This document shows, piece after piece, positions 45,899-55,955 of a stretch of 64,000 bases of DNA. Below the pieces are notes generated by a model. The model saw only the letters and a list, made by a program, of their open reading frames with translations, did not search any database and was not told where the DNA came from. Location: positions 32,001 through 96,000 of the IMG/VR virus record IMGVR_UViG_3300032073_005220; one strand, 5' to 3'. Made by a program: the position numbers and the translations under genes. Position 1 is the stretch's first letter, and every line of letters begins with the position of its first letter. Origin of the DNA: a virus.

Positions 45899-46366
45899 AT
45901 GAGTAGTATTAGAATTAAAAATTTACCTGCTTCTACTGGAGTATTAACTACAGATAACGTAATTGTTAGCTCTAATGACTTAAGCTATAAACTTCCGATA
46001 TCTGATATGAAAAAAGAATTTAATAAACAAAGTTCTACCTCCTTGACTTCTAGTACTGAAACAAATTACGATACTTCTACTAGTGATATTGGGACTATAT
46101 TAAACGTAAATAAAAGCATAGTTTCTACCATAAAAATTACTACAGCAACATCAAATGGAGCAAATATTGGGGATTCTATTGATGTTATTAACACTAGTTC
46201 TTTACAAGATGTTAGAATATTAGCTCAATCTGGGGTATATATAAGAAGCATGGGTAATCATTTAGATTTAACCAGGCAATATAGCGTAGGTAAAATTACT
46301 AAATTTTCCAGTAATGAATGGATGCTTACTGGAGACTTTTTCACTTCTCCTAGTGGTACATTCTAA
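45899..46366 (+). CDS. Tail-fibre-type small structural protein
   Basis: N-terminal IRIKNLPAST; C-terminal L.RQYS..KITK....EW.LTGD motif typical of phage fibre tips. Confidence 0.6.
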   Translation: MSSIRIKNLPASTGVLTTDNVIVSSNDLSYKLPISDMKKEFNKQSSTSLTSSTETNYDTSTSDIGTILNVNKSIVSTIKITTATSNGANIGDSIDVINTSSLQDVRILAQSGVYIRSMGNHLDLTRQYSVGKITKFSSNEWMLTGDFFTSPSGTF

Positions 46367-46758
46367 TGAAAAATAACAAACAATTGGAAAGCCTATCTAA
46401 CAAGATAGCAAATGATTCAGGATTAACAGGCTGTGAAGAATATGGTAGTATTCTGTTAACTATTATGATAATTGGAATAATTTTAAATTCAATTAGAGTA
46501 ATTCAAGAGTGCAATAGTAGCAAATTAAACAAAATGTCTGATGAAGAAAAACATTCTTTTCTAAAAGATCAGATTAAAACTTTATCTAGTAAACGTGGAT
46601 GGTTTACTAAAATGCGTATTCGCAAAGTTATGAGAAGAGAACTAAAAAAAGAAACATACAAACAGTATGGTGCAAATATCGTAGATAGTATTTTAAATAG
46701 TGGAGAAAATATCACGGATGATGAACTTTCATCAATTCTGGAGGCTTTAAATGTTTAG
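46366..46758 (+). CDS. Single-TM hypothetical protein
   Basis: YGSILLTIMIIGIILNSI. Confidence 0.6.
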   Translation: MKNNKQLESLSNKIANDSGLTGCEEYGSILLTIMIIGIILNSIRVIQECNSSKLNKMSDEEKHSFLKDQIKTLSSKRGWFTKMRIRKVMRRELKKETYKQYGANIVDSILNSGENITDDELSSILEALNV

Positions 46759-47002
46759 TATAATTATATGGTGTGTATATGGTATATTCGTCGGAGCTAT
46801 TGCTAAAAGCATTGTTCCTGGAGAAGAAAATTTTGGCTTTTTTAAGACAATAGCATTAGGAGTAGCTGGCTCATACATGGGCGGCGCTGTATTATATCTA
46901 CTGGGGCAGTATAATGCACTAGAGCCTTCGGGCATATTCATGGGAATAGCTGGTGCTGTTTTAGCTTTAGTATTATATAATAAATTAGTAAATGACAAAT
47001 AA
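46751..47002 (+). CDS. GlsB/YeaQ/YmgE (transglycosylase-associated) membrane protein
   Basis: IIWC..G..VGAIAK..VPG...G...TIALGVAGS..GG; three TMs. Confidence 0.85.
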   Translation: MFSIIIWCVYGIFVGAIAKSIVPGEENFGFFKTIALGVAGSYMGGAVLYLLGQYNALEPSGIFMGIAGAVLALVLYNKLVNDK

Positions 47003-47945
47003 AGTTCCAGTATTAATATGGTTATATCACATTGATTTGTGGCCTGAAATACTGTCTTTATTATTACCTATCCAAGACCTAATAGAAGTGCATATAGGTC
47101 TTTACAAACACAACTCCGATAATTTTATAGTAGAAGATAGTGTTTCAACTATTTTTGATGATCACTATATTACATATCATGAAAATGCAGGCGGAGACGT
47201 TCTGCCTTTTCTTGACCAGTTAAATAATTTAAACCCTTCTAAATTTACGCATGATGTATTTTTAAAAATACACACTAAGAAAAGTTTATTTGCTGGTAAA
47301 ATTAATTGGAGAATAATTCTTCTACACAGCCTTATGGGTAGTCGGTCTTCATTTGTCAGTAACATAAACAGACTTTCTCATCATAAGTGCGGAGCCCTTA
47401 CTTGCTCTAATTTAATTATGAATGATATGGAGCATACTAATAGCGACATAATAAAAGATATATCAGAAAACATTTTGTCTATTCCTTACGACAAAGTCAA
47501 AAACAAAAAATTCTGTGGAGGTAATATGTTTTTTGGTAAAATATCTACATTTCAATCTTTTTTTAATAAAGATACTATAGAACTCATTAAACCAAAACTA
47601 GAAAAAGAAAAAGGTAAAATTAGCGACAACAAGCATGGGACATATGCTCATAGTTTAGAGAGACTTTTCGGATATATAGTTTCTTATAATAATCAGAAGA
47701 TTATACCTGCAACTTTGAAGTCTAGTAAAATATTAAACCCCCTTGCCAAAAACAACAAACTGCATATAATACTATTGTATGATGAAATTTCTTGTTACGT
47801 TCATGAAGATATTAATGTGTGTGGGAAGATCCTATCTAGCCGTAAGGACTATATTGAGATAGAATGGTTTCATTTAGATAGTCCAATAACTAAAAAATAT
47901 AAATACATTTCCAGCAATACCCTAGTGCCAGATGCAAAAACATAA
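46992..47945 (+). CDS. RgpF (rhamnan synthesis F)-like glycosyltransferase
   Basis: LYHIDLW, EN.G.DVLPF, KIHTKKS, F.GGNMF, AHSLERLF. Confidence 0.8.
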   Translation: MTNKVPVLIWLYHIDLWPEILSLLLPIQDLIEVHIGLYKHNSDNFIVEDSVSTIFDDHYITYHENAGGDVLPFLDQLNNLNPSKFTHDVFLKIHTKKSLFAGKINWRIILLHSLMGSRSSFVSNINRLSHHKCGALTCSNLIMNDMEHTNSDIIKDISENILSIPYDKVKNKKFCGGNMFFGKISTFQSFFNKDTIELIKPKLEKEKGKISDNKHGTYAHSLERLFGYIVSYNNQKIIPATLKSSKILNPLAKNNKLHIILLYDEISCYVHEDINVCGKILSSRKDYIEIEWFHLDSPITKKYKYISSNTLVPDAKT

Positions 47946-48855
47946 GATATTACTTACAGGCGGTTCTGGTTTTTTAGGTCGACATGTGTATGATCGTTTA
48001 TTAGGTAAAAATTATTCAAATATATATATACCTAGAAAAGTAGATTATGATCTTAGAAATAGTTCTAAATGTAAAGATTTATTTAATAACTTTAAACCAG
48101 ATATTGCCGTCCATTTAGCAGCTACATGTGGCGGTATAGGGGCTAACAGTCGTTCTCCCGGCACGTATTTTTATGACAATCTTTCGATGGGGTTAAATAT
48201 AATAGAGCAAGCTAGGCTCCATAATATACGTAAAGTTGTCCTTATTGGGACTGTTTGTGCATATCCTAAATTTTGCAATATTCCATTTCAAGAAAAAGAT
48301 ATTTGGAGTGGATATCCCGAAGAAACCAATGCTCCATATGGAATTGCCAAAAAAACACTTTTTGTAATGCTGGATGCTTATCGACGAGAGTACGGTTTGA
48401 ATAGCACTATCTTAATTCCTTCCAACTTGTATGGTCCCTATGATAATTTTGAAGATCATTCTAGTCATGTAATACCAGCATTAATAAAGAAAATTGATTA
48501 CGCAAATAAAACAGGGCAAAAAACTGTTACTATATGGGGAGACGGAACTCCTAGCAGGGAGTTTTTATATGTAGATCAAGCTGCTCAAGCTATTGTAAAA
48601 AGTATTGATATTAATACAGGATCATCTCCTATTAATATAGGGTCTGGCGAAGAAATTAGAATTAAAGATCTTGTTGATAAACTAATAGAAAAAATGAATT
48701 TTACAGGATCTATAGTATGGGATAAAGCCAAACCCAATGGTCAACCAAGAAGGTGTGTTAGTACCAAAAAAGCTATGTCTTACTTAGGGTGGCAGAATAC
48801 AATAGATATAGATACTGGATTAGATATGACTTTGGAGTGGTATAATAATGCGTAA
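47932..48855 (+). CDS. fcl: GDP-L-fucose synthase
   Basis: TGGSGFLG, HLAA.CGGIGAN, CAYPK, YGIAKK, NLYGP.DNF, SHVIPALI, WGDG.PSREF, PNGQPRR. Confidence 0.93.
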   Translation: MQKHKILLTGGSGFLGRHVYDRLLGKNYSNIYIPRKVDYDLRNSSKCKDLFNNFKPDIAVHLAATCGGIGANSRSPGTYFYDNLSMGLNIIEQARLHNIRKVVLIGTVCAYPKFCNIPFQEKDIWSGYPEETNAPYGIAKKTLFVMLDAYRREYGLNSTILIPSNLYGPYDNFEDHSSHVIPALIKKIDYANKTGQKTVTIWGDGTPSREFLYVDQAAQAIVKSIDINTGSSPINIGSGEEIRIKDLVDKLIEKMNFTGSIVWDKAKPNGQPRRCVSTKKAMSYLGWQNTIDIDTGLDMTLEWYNNA

Positions 48856-51454
48856 TAAAATACCAGAAGATTTTGATTGGGAGTTTTATCTGGATTCTCA
48901 CCCAGATCTCATCAAAGCAGGTATTAATACAGAAAAATTGGCTCAATATCACTATGTTACTTATGGACATAAAGAAAACAGAATTTATAAAAAATCTCAA
49001 AATGAAATCTTAGGACACTTTGATAGGCATCAGGAGTCTGAAAATTCCAATATCGTGCTCTTCGTGCAGTGGTACGACGATCCTATTACACTAGAAAATA
49101 GAACTAAATGCTTACAACGGAACATTGAAAATCAACACATAGATTTTATAAACATATTCTATGAGCCAAACTCGCAATATTCTTTGTCTCGTGCAGCAAT
49201 AAATAATCCCAAAGTTGCTCTCATTGAGCTTGACGAAAGAATGAACTATGGTTTATGGATGGAATTTGCAGACAGAAATTATGCAAACAGCATTAAACTT
49301 TTATCTAATTCTGATATTTATTTTGACAACACCTTACAATTAGTTAAACAAGCTTCTTTCAGCGACAATAGAATACTAGCAATTACAAGGAAAGACGAGG
49401 ATTTAAACGGCAATATAGTTATTAGTAAAGAACGGTTTTCGAATGATGCAATAGACATTAATCCTCTCTATTCTCACGACTGCTGGATATATAAAGACAA
49501 AATCAAATCCATACAATACAATAACATTAAACTTAGTATAGGATATGAAAACTGCGACAGGATATTTAAACAGTATTGTCAAGAAAACAATATTGAGTTT
49601 ATTAATTTATTCCCCAATGTTAACGGAATTCATTTAGATCATAGATCTGAAAAAATAAGACCCGCTTACGATCTCAGCAAAGCACAAAAAATCGTTGAGG
49701 CAAACATAAAACTGCCAGAAATACTAGATAATCATGAAGATAATATAAAAAAAAAATTAATTCTATACACAACATACTATAAATCTAACAATACACAAAG
49801 ACAGCATGAGCTCGACATTGCATTAACAAAAAATATAAACAGCTCTTACTTTGCGAAAGTTTATATATTTCTAGACACAGGCGTAGAACTACCCAAATCT
49901 ATTCGAAATAAAAATTATGAAATTATTCATAGTAATGATAAACAATCTTATTTTGATTGGATATCTCACTCACAAAAGTATTTAAATGACACAGACATTT
50001 CGGTGTGGGGCCACACAGATATTGTGTTTAATGATACAATAAATATCTTATCTGATTATTTTACAGGAAAACCTACATTAGTTTGCTTAAGTAGATACGA
50101 GCAAAATCAACTATGTTCTGAACCCCATTGGTCTCAAGACACTTGGGCTTTTCAAGTTAAAGACATTAGAAATATCAAGTTTATTAATGACACAAAAATT
50201 AGGATGGGACATGCTAGATGCGACAACAAAATAGCCTTTGTTTTTGCTGTAAATGGTTGGGTTATGAAAAATCCTTGTTTTGATATTGTAACAGAACATA
50301 TTCATTATAGTCAACATAGATCCTATAAAATTAATGACGACGAAGTAGTGGGAGGTATGTGTTATATACATCCTTCTCGTGATCACAGCGTTTCTAAAAT
50401 AGATTATGCCATAGTCAATAAAAATCATAACCAAACATATAATGAGCATATTGCTATTTGGTCCTTAGAGATGTTAGACAAAACAAATAGTGTGGATATT
50501 GTTAAAAACTTTAAAACAATAGGGAGTATGTATAATAAAAATCATTTAATGGGAGGTTGGTCTACCGTTAATAATTTATTAGACAAATATCAAGAATCTA
50601 AAACTGCTAAGATTAACTTAGTAACATTTACTTGGGAGACTTTTTTATCAGGGCAATATGATGTGTTCGAACAACCTTGGATAGGAATAGATCATCTAGT
50701 AAATTTTGTACCGCAATATTATCGTAAAATTTCAAAAAATATATTACCTGAAAGTAATTTTTTTAATCGTATTCTACATAAAAGTAATGTATTAGAAAAT
50801 TGCAAAGGTATAATCTATACTTCAGATAGTACAAGATTGAATGGCCTTAATTGTAAATACACAAAACATATACCTAAATGCACCATTCATCATCCTGTTA
50901 TATTAGACCCAGAATCTAGACAATTCAATTTAGACGCGTATTTCAATAATAAAAATAAAAAACTTATTAATTTAGGTTGGTTCAATAGAAACTTTGGTTT
51001 TTTTGAAAGACTTAACATTCTTGACTTTGAAAAACTTTTTGTTTTTGGAGGCTTGTCTGGGTATAAAGGTTATGTTTTTACAGAAGACATGTATTATCAC
51101 GGTATTGATATGATTAGTACAGAAGTATCTGCTAGACTTTCTGATGAAGAGCTGAACAACCTTTTAAGCGAGAATTTGATATTCGTTAATTTATATGACT
51201 CTTCAGCTAATAATGCTATCATTAATTCTATTCAAAGAAATTGTCCAATAGTCATTAACAGGCTCGATGCTTGTGTAGAATATTTAGGCTCTGATTATCC
51301 ATTATATTACGACTACCCAGATGAAATACAAGACTTGTTGTCAGAAAGCTCTATAGCTTCTGCTCATGAATATTTAAAACAATTAGATGTTAATAGTTTT
51401 AGTATAGAAGCTTTTATAAGTAAAGTTAATAATTTCGTTGGAAAGGTATATTGA
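48848..51454 (+). CDS. Multidomain glycosyltransferase-like protein
   Basis: N-terminal FDWEFY..PDL..HY...G.KENR unit, two tandem GT-A-like domains, C-terminal GT-B-like domain. Confidence 0.6.
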   Translation: MRNKIPEDFDWEFYLDSHPDLIKAGINTEKLAQYHYVTYGHKENRIYKKSQNEILGHFDRHQESENSNIVLFVQWYDDPITLENRTKCLQRNIENQHIDFINIFYEPNSQYSLSRAAINNPKVALIELDERMNYGLWMEFADRNYANSIKLLSNSDIYFDNTLQLVKQASFSDNRILAITRKDEDLNGNIVISKERFSNDAIDINPLYSHDCWIYKDKIKSIQYNNIKLSIGYENCDRIFKQYCQENNIEFINLFPNVNGIHLDHRSEKIRPAYDLSKAQKIVEANIKLPEILDNHEDNIKKKLILYTTYYKSNNTQRQHELDIALTKNINSSYFAKVYIFLDTGVELPKSIRNKNYEIIHSNDKQSYFDWISHSQKYLNDTDISVWGHTDIVFNDTINILSDYFTGKPTLVCLSRYEQNQLCSEPHWSQDTWAFQVKDIRNIKFINDTKIRMGHARCDNKIAFVFAVNGWVMKNPCFDIVTEHIHYSQHRSYKINDDEVVGGMCYIHPSRDHSVSKIDYAIVNKNHNQTYNEHIAIWSLEMLDKTNSVDIVKNFKTIGSMYNKNHLMGGWSTVNNLLDKYQESKTAKINLVTFTWETFLSGQYDVFEQPWIGIDHLVNFVPQYYRKISKNILPESNFFNRILHKSNVLENCKGIIYTSDSTRLNGLNCKYTKHIPKCTIHHPVILDPESRQFNLDAYFNNKNKKLINLGWFNRNFGFFERLNILDFEKLFVFGGLSGYKGYVFTEDMYYHGIDMISTEVSARLSDEELNNLLSENLIFVNLYDSSANNAIINSIQRNCPIVINRLDACVEYLGSDYPLYYDYPDEIQDLLSESSIASAHEYLKQLDVNSFSIEAFISKVNNFVGKVY

Positions 51455-51455
51455 T

Positions 51456-53090
51456 ATGCTACCAACAAAGATATTATTGTTTAGTAATCCCAGACATGGC
51501 ACAACTTTTTTAATTGACAATATTAATAAGAATGAAAATATTAGGATGTGTTATGAGCTTTTGACTTTAGGAGAGGGTGTTGATAAGCACTATCATGAAT
51601 GCTTTACTAAAATTGTAGATAAACAAGCTTTAGATTTAGCAGACTGTGAGACGTATAACCAAGAAAGAAAACAAGATGAGACAAATTACTTTCAACATAT
51701 CTCTGAAAAGTTTAATGGTATTCAAAATATTAAAACTATAGGATATAAAATTTTTGCACAACAAATGGATGCTCCTTCAACGCAAAATAAAGTAATGTTA
51801 GAAAATGTCCTTGATCAATTTGACAAAGTTATATTTCTTGATAGAGATATGGTTTCTTATGCTTTTTCTTGGCTCAATGCAGGGAAATATGGATGGAGCG
51901 TGCTTAAGAGATCCTCGAAAGATACAAATTTAGTAGCTAGTACAAGAGACACGCAGGACATCGTCAGGCAAACTACGCATAAACATAAGCTTTTTGCAAT
52001 AGCTCATAAATACTTAGAAAAAAATAATATACCTTATTTAGATTTAAACTACAACGATTTAGATAAAGCTCCTGAATTATTGTCTAATTTTTTAAATACA
52101 GAAATACTATTTAAGAATAGTTTTAGACCCAATAAATATGACTATAAAACATTTTTAACTAATAATCCAGAATTAAGCAAAGCGGTCGATGATCAAAACA
52201 TTCTAATTGATTTAGAAAATACAACTGCTCCCCCAATGCCTGATTTTAAAAGACAAGACAATAAATTGGAGGCTATTAATGTTTTACATACGGGGAGCGA
52301 AGAAAGTTCTGAAGTAAATCATTTCGTAAATCAGATAATTAAATCTTTCGAATCCTGCGACTCAGACGCTAAGCTTGCTAAGAATATAGATCTAAATATA
52401 GCCACATCTTCTAATTCTATATTGAATTTTAGCACAGAACATATTGATATGCTCAAGGGCTTTTTCAGGAATGTCAATGTTTCAACCATACAAATTCCAC
52501 AAAATAAAGATTTTTATTTTAATGAAATGCCTGACAATTTAGATGATATTAGTTTAGAATATGGATTAAAGTCTGGTCCTAACTATGTGTTTTTTCGTTG
52601 CATGGATTTAATGAAAAACTATAATACTTGTTTGTTTTTAGAAATAGACACATACTTAAAAAATAATTGGCTTTCAGCAATAGCTAAGTATGTAAATAGT
52701 TGTGGCAATTTTTGGATTAGCGGACCTGCATATAGCGGTAATGCTGGAATAGTTGATCCTGATTTTTTGCTTAGTCATCATATTAACGGAGGAACATGTA
52801 TATACAATACAGGAAATCATAATTTTCAAGCCTTCATACAATGGTGCGAAAAACTATTTCCTATATTAACAAAAAATAGTCCAAAATTGCCTTATGATTA
52901 TTTAATACCTGTGCTCTATTTAATATATGTAAATTGCCACCATAAGGAAAGTTGGAGAATTGTTCAACTAGCTAAGCAAAATTATATCTACAATAACTTA
53001 ATATGCAATTTAAGCTTACCGGAAGATGTTAGTGAAACAAAAAATCCTATTCCGGGTTATATCATACATGAAAAATTAAAACTTGACTAA
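51456..53090 (+). CDS. Sulfotransferase-like domain fused to a GT-like domain
   Basis: PRHGTT (5'-PSB loop), GYKIF, IFLDR, YNDL; C-half GPN..F, FLE.D, HINGG, YD. Confidence 0.6.
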   Translation: MLPTKILLFSNPRHGTTFLIDNINKNENIRMCYELLTLGEGVDKHYHECFTKIVDKQALDLADCETYNQERKQDETNYFQHISEKFNGIQNIKTIGYKIFAQQMDAPSTQNKVMLENVLDQFDKVIFLDRDMVSYAFSWLNAGKYGWSVLKRSSKDTNLVASTRDTQDIVRQTTHKHKLFAIAHKYLEKNNIPYLDLNYNDLDKAPELLSNFLNTEILFKNSFRPNKYDYKTFLTNNPELSKAVDDQNILIDLENTTAPPMPDFKRQDNKLEAINVLHTGSEESSEVNHFVNQIIKSFESCDSDAKLAKNIDLNIATSSNSILNFSTEHIDMLKGFFRNVNVSTIQIPQNKDFYFNEMPDNLDDISLEYGLKSGPNYVFFRCMDLMKNYNTCLFLEIDTYLKNNWLSAIAKYVNSCGNFWISGPAYSGNAGIVDPDFLLSHHINGGTCIYNTGNHNFQAFIQWCEKLFPILTKNSPKLPYDYLIPVLYLIYVNCHHKESWRIVQLAKQNYIYNNLICNLSLPEDVSETKNPIPGYIIHEKLKLD

Positions 53091-53111
53091 CTACTCACCA
53101 TCAGATATCAT
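53083..53111 (+). promoter_or_regulatory. Sigma70 promoter TTGACT-17-TATCAT (probably leaderless)
   Basis: ATG 53118 lies 7 nt after the -10 box; no SD. Confidence 0.55.
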
Positions 53112-53117
53112 AATAGT

Positions 53118-53579
53118 ATGAGACCTAACTGGATAGATTATTTTTTAGGATTAGCAAAAGTTGTTTCTCAACGTAGTCACGACATACATACACAACATGG
53201 TTGTATTATTACAGATAGAGATAATCTTATTTTAGGTACTGGCTATAATGGTTTTCCTAGAAATATCGACGATACAATACTTCCAACATCTCGTCCAGAA
53301 AAATATGCTTGGATGATTCATGCTGAACGAAACGCACTTTCTAGTTGTACCCACAAACCTACTAACGGCATCGCTTATGTCACCGGACAATGTTGTAATG
53401 ATTGCATCATGTCTTTATGGCAAGCTGGTGTTTCTAAGGTCGTTATGGCTAACAGCCACGGAACTAAATTATTTGATGAACAAGCACAAAAAAGATTTGA
53501 TCTATTTGTGGAATTAACAGGAATAGAAATTGTAAGACATACACCAAATTTTTCGTGGATTAAAAAAATAGATTTTTAA
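53118..53579 (+). CDS. dCMP deaminase
   Basis: RP.W..YF, TGYNG, HAE.NA, CNDC zinc ligands. Confidence 0.9.
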   Translation: MRPNWIDYFLGLAKVVSQRSHDIHTQHGCIITDRDNLILGTGYNGFPRNIDDTILPTSRPEKYAWMIHAERNALSSCTHKPTNGIAYVTGQCCNDCIMSLWQAGVSKVVMANSHGTKLFDEQAQKRFDLFVELTGIEIVRHTPNFSWIKKIDF

Positions 53580-53605
53580 AATCAAAATCAGGAGTAAAAG
53601 TTTGT

Positions 53606-53622
53606 GGTGTATTATAAAAATA
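53606..53622 (+). promoter_or_regulatory. GGTGTA-AT-rich motif (putative phage promoter)
   Basis: GGTGTATTATAAAAATA in the gap upstream of the RNR gene. Confidence 0.55.
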
Positions 53623-53732
53623 ACAACGTAATAAAATGGCCTTGCATACTCTAACCAATGATTTATCATAAATTATGAACGAATCAATTCTTTCCATACA
53701 GGCCAATTCTTTTTAATTTTATAGGAGCTAGG

Positions 53733-55931
53733 ATGTCGGCATTAAATGAACTTCAAAATTATACCTTTGTTAGTAAATACGCCCGTTGGATCGAATCAGA
53801 GAACAGAAGAGAAACTTGGAAAGAAGCAGTAGATCGAGTCAGGAATATGATGCACACATATTATTCTGATAAAAATATCTCAGAAGAGATAGATTGGGCT
53901 TATGACATTATGTTTAAGAAAAAGGTACTGGGTAGCCAAAGAGCTTTACAGTTCGGAGGAGAACCCATATTAAAGCGTCACGCCAAAATATATAACTGTA
54001 CCAGCTCTTATTGCGATAGGTTAAGATTCTTCCAGGAATGTTTCTGGTTACTTCTATGTGGTAGTGGTACTGGCTTTAGTGTACAAAAACATCATGTGTC
54101 TAAACTTCCAACTTTGTCTCATCAAAAAAAAGACAAAAGAAAAGGTGTAAAGTATAAAATAGAAGACAGCATAGAAGGTTGGTCTGATGCTTTAGGTATT
54201 TTACTAAGTTCTTACTTCACAAAACCTGCTGAAGAAAAATTTAAAAAATATAAAGATCAATATATAGTTTTTGATTATAGTAATATTAGAGAGAAAGGTT
54301 CTAAGTTATCTTCCGGGGTTGGCAAAGCTCCTGGTTTTGAGCCTTTACAAAATGGTTTGGAAAAAATTAGAGAATTATTGGAGAGTTGCATTGAAAACAA
54401 ACAAAAAAAATTACGACCGATCGATGCTTATGATATTATTATGCACAGCAGCGATGCTGTACTATCTGGTGGTGTTCGTAGAAGTGCGTCATTAGCACTA
54501 TTCAGCGCAGATGATGAAGACATGGCCAAAGCCAAAACAGGCAATTGGTACGTGGATAATCCTCAAAGAGCAAGAAGTAATAATTCTGCTTTACTTATCA
54601 AAGACGATACTAGCTACGAACAGTTTGCAGAACTTATGGAATCTGTTAAGGAATTTGGAGAGCCGGGTTTTATTTGGAGTGATTCCAAAGAAATGACTTT
54701 CAATCCTTGCGTTGAAGTAGGAATGTGGCCTGTTGATGAAAAAACAGGTAAATCAGGATGGCAAGGCTGTAATCTTTCTACTATCAATTGTTCTTCCGTT
54801 ATAGACGAAGCAGATTTTTATGAAAGATGTAAAGCTGCTGCAATCATTGGAACACTACAAGCTGGGTTCACAGACTTAGAATATCTAGGAAAAACAACAA
54901 ACGCTATTTTTGAACGAGAAGCTTTATTAGGTGTTTCTCTAACTGGAATTATGGAAAAACACGAATTGGTATTAACAGAAAAAGTTCTAAAAAAAGGAGC
55001 TAAGATTGCTGTTGATACCAACAAGGAGTTCGCTCAGAAAATCTGCATTAATCAAGCTGCCAGAGTCACATGCCTAAAACCTGAAGGCACTTCAAGCTCT
55101 ATGCTGGGAACGTCGTCAGGTATTCACCCTCATCATGCAAAAAGATATATTAGACATGTACAAGCTAATATCCTAGAACCTCCATATCAATATTTTAAAA
55201 GCTATAATCCCTTAGCTTGTGAAAAATCATCATGGTCTGCAAATGATACAGACGAAGTAGTAAAATTCCCTATAGAAGTACCTGATGGGTCAAAACTAAA
55301 AAACCAACTACCTGCGGTAGAAATGTTGGGTGTTGTTAAAGACGCTCAGAAGAATTGGGTTCATTCTGGTAAAAACAGATCTTTATGTACTCAAGACTTT
55401 TTAAGTCATAATGTCAGCAATACAGTGACAGTACAACCGGATGAATGGGAGGCTGTTACTAAATTCATTTATAACAATAGAAAGTTTTTTGCTGGAATTA
55501 GTTTAATCCCACAGAGTGGAGACAAGGATTATCCTCAAGCTCCTTTTACCACAGTATATACCAGTAGAGAAATCGTTAAAGAATATGGCGATGCTGGGTT
55601 ATGGTGTTCAGGTTTGATTGAGTTAGGCTTAAATGCTTTTGACAACAATTTATGGGCAGCGTGTGACTATATCACATTAAATCAATCAACAGATAAAGAC
55701 ACCGAAGACAAAAAATTATTTGCGATTAAGATGCATAGATTTGCTAAAAAATATTTCGATGGAGATTTTAAGAGACTAACGTATTGTATGAAAGACGTAT
55801 ATAATTGGAAAATTTATACTGATTTATATGAGAGTTTTAGTAAGGTGGATTATACACAACTATTAGAAACAGAGGATAATACCGTAGGAATAGAGGAAAT
55901 CAGTTGTGCAGGTGGTGCATGTCTTATTTGA
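53733..55931 (+). CDS. nrdJ: Class II (adenosylcobalamin-dependent) ribonucleotide reductase
   Basis: RRETW.E, YNC, G.GTGF, GGVRRSA, EPG, NPCVE, CNL, KPEGT, C-terminal CAGGAC. Confidence 0.9.
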   Translation: MSALNELQNYTFVSKYARWIESENRRETWKEAVDRVRNMMHTYYSDKNISEEIDWAYDIMFKKKVLGSQRALQFGGEPILKRHAKIYNCTSSYCDRLRFFQECFWLLLCGSGTGFSVQKHHVSKLPTLSHQKKDKRKGVKYKIEDSIEGWSDALGILLSSYFTKPAEEKFKKYKDQYIVFDYSNIREKGSKLSSGVGKAPGFEPLQNGLEKIRELLESCIENKQKKLRPIDAYDIIMHSSDAVLSGGVRRSASLALFSADDEDMAKAKTGNWYVDNPQRARSNNSALLIKDDTSYEQFAELMESVKEFGEPGFIWSDSKEMTFNPCVEVGMWPVDEKTGKSGWQGCNLSTINCSSVIDEADFYERCKAAAIIGTLQAGFTDLEYLGKTTNAIFEREALLGVSLTGIMEKHELVLTEKVLKKGAKIAVDTNKEFAQKICINQAARVTCLKPEGTSSSMLGTSSGIHPHHAKRYIRHVQANILEPPYQYFKSYNPLACEKSSWSANDTDEVVKFPIEVPDGSKLKNQLPAVEMLGVVKDAQKNWVHSGKNRSLCTQDFLSHNVSNTVTVQPDEWEAVTKFIYNNRKFFAGISLIPQSGDKDYPQAPFTTVYTSREIVKEYGDAGLWCSGLIELGLNAFDNNLWAACDYITLNQSTDKDTEDKKLFAIKMHRFAKKYFDGDFKRLTYCMKDVYNWKIYTDLYESFSKVDYTQLLETEDNTVGIEEISCAGGACLI

Positions 55932-55955
55932 TTTCATTCCTAGAAGGGTACAACT

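Noticed and set aside
53636-53671. 11-codon leader ORF MALHTLTNDLS upstream of nrdJ
   Set aside because: No RBS at suitable spacing and no informative codon run; probably chance
32538-54150. Intragenic GGTGTA hits (about 32538, 43974, 54144)
   Set aside because: Several chance hexamer matches are expected in 64 kb; not counted as promoters without TSS data
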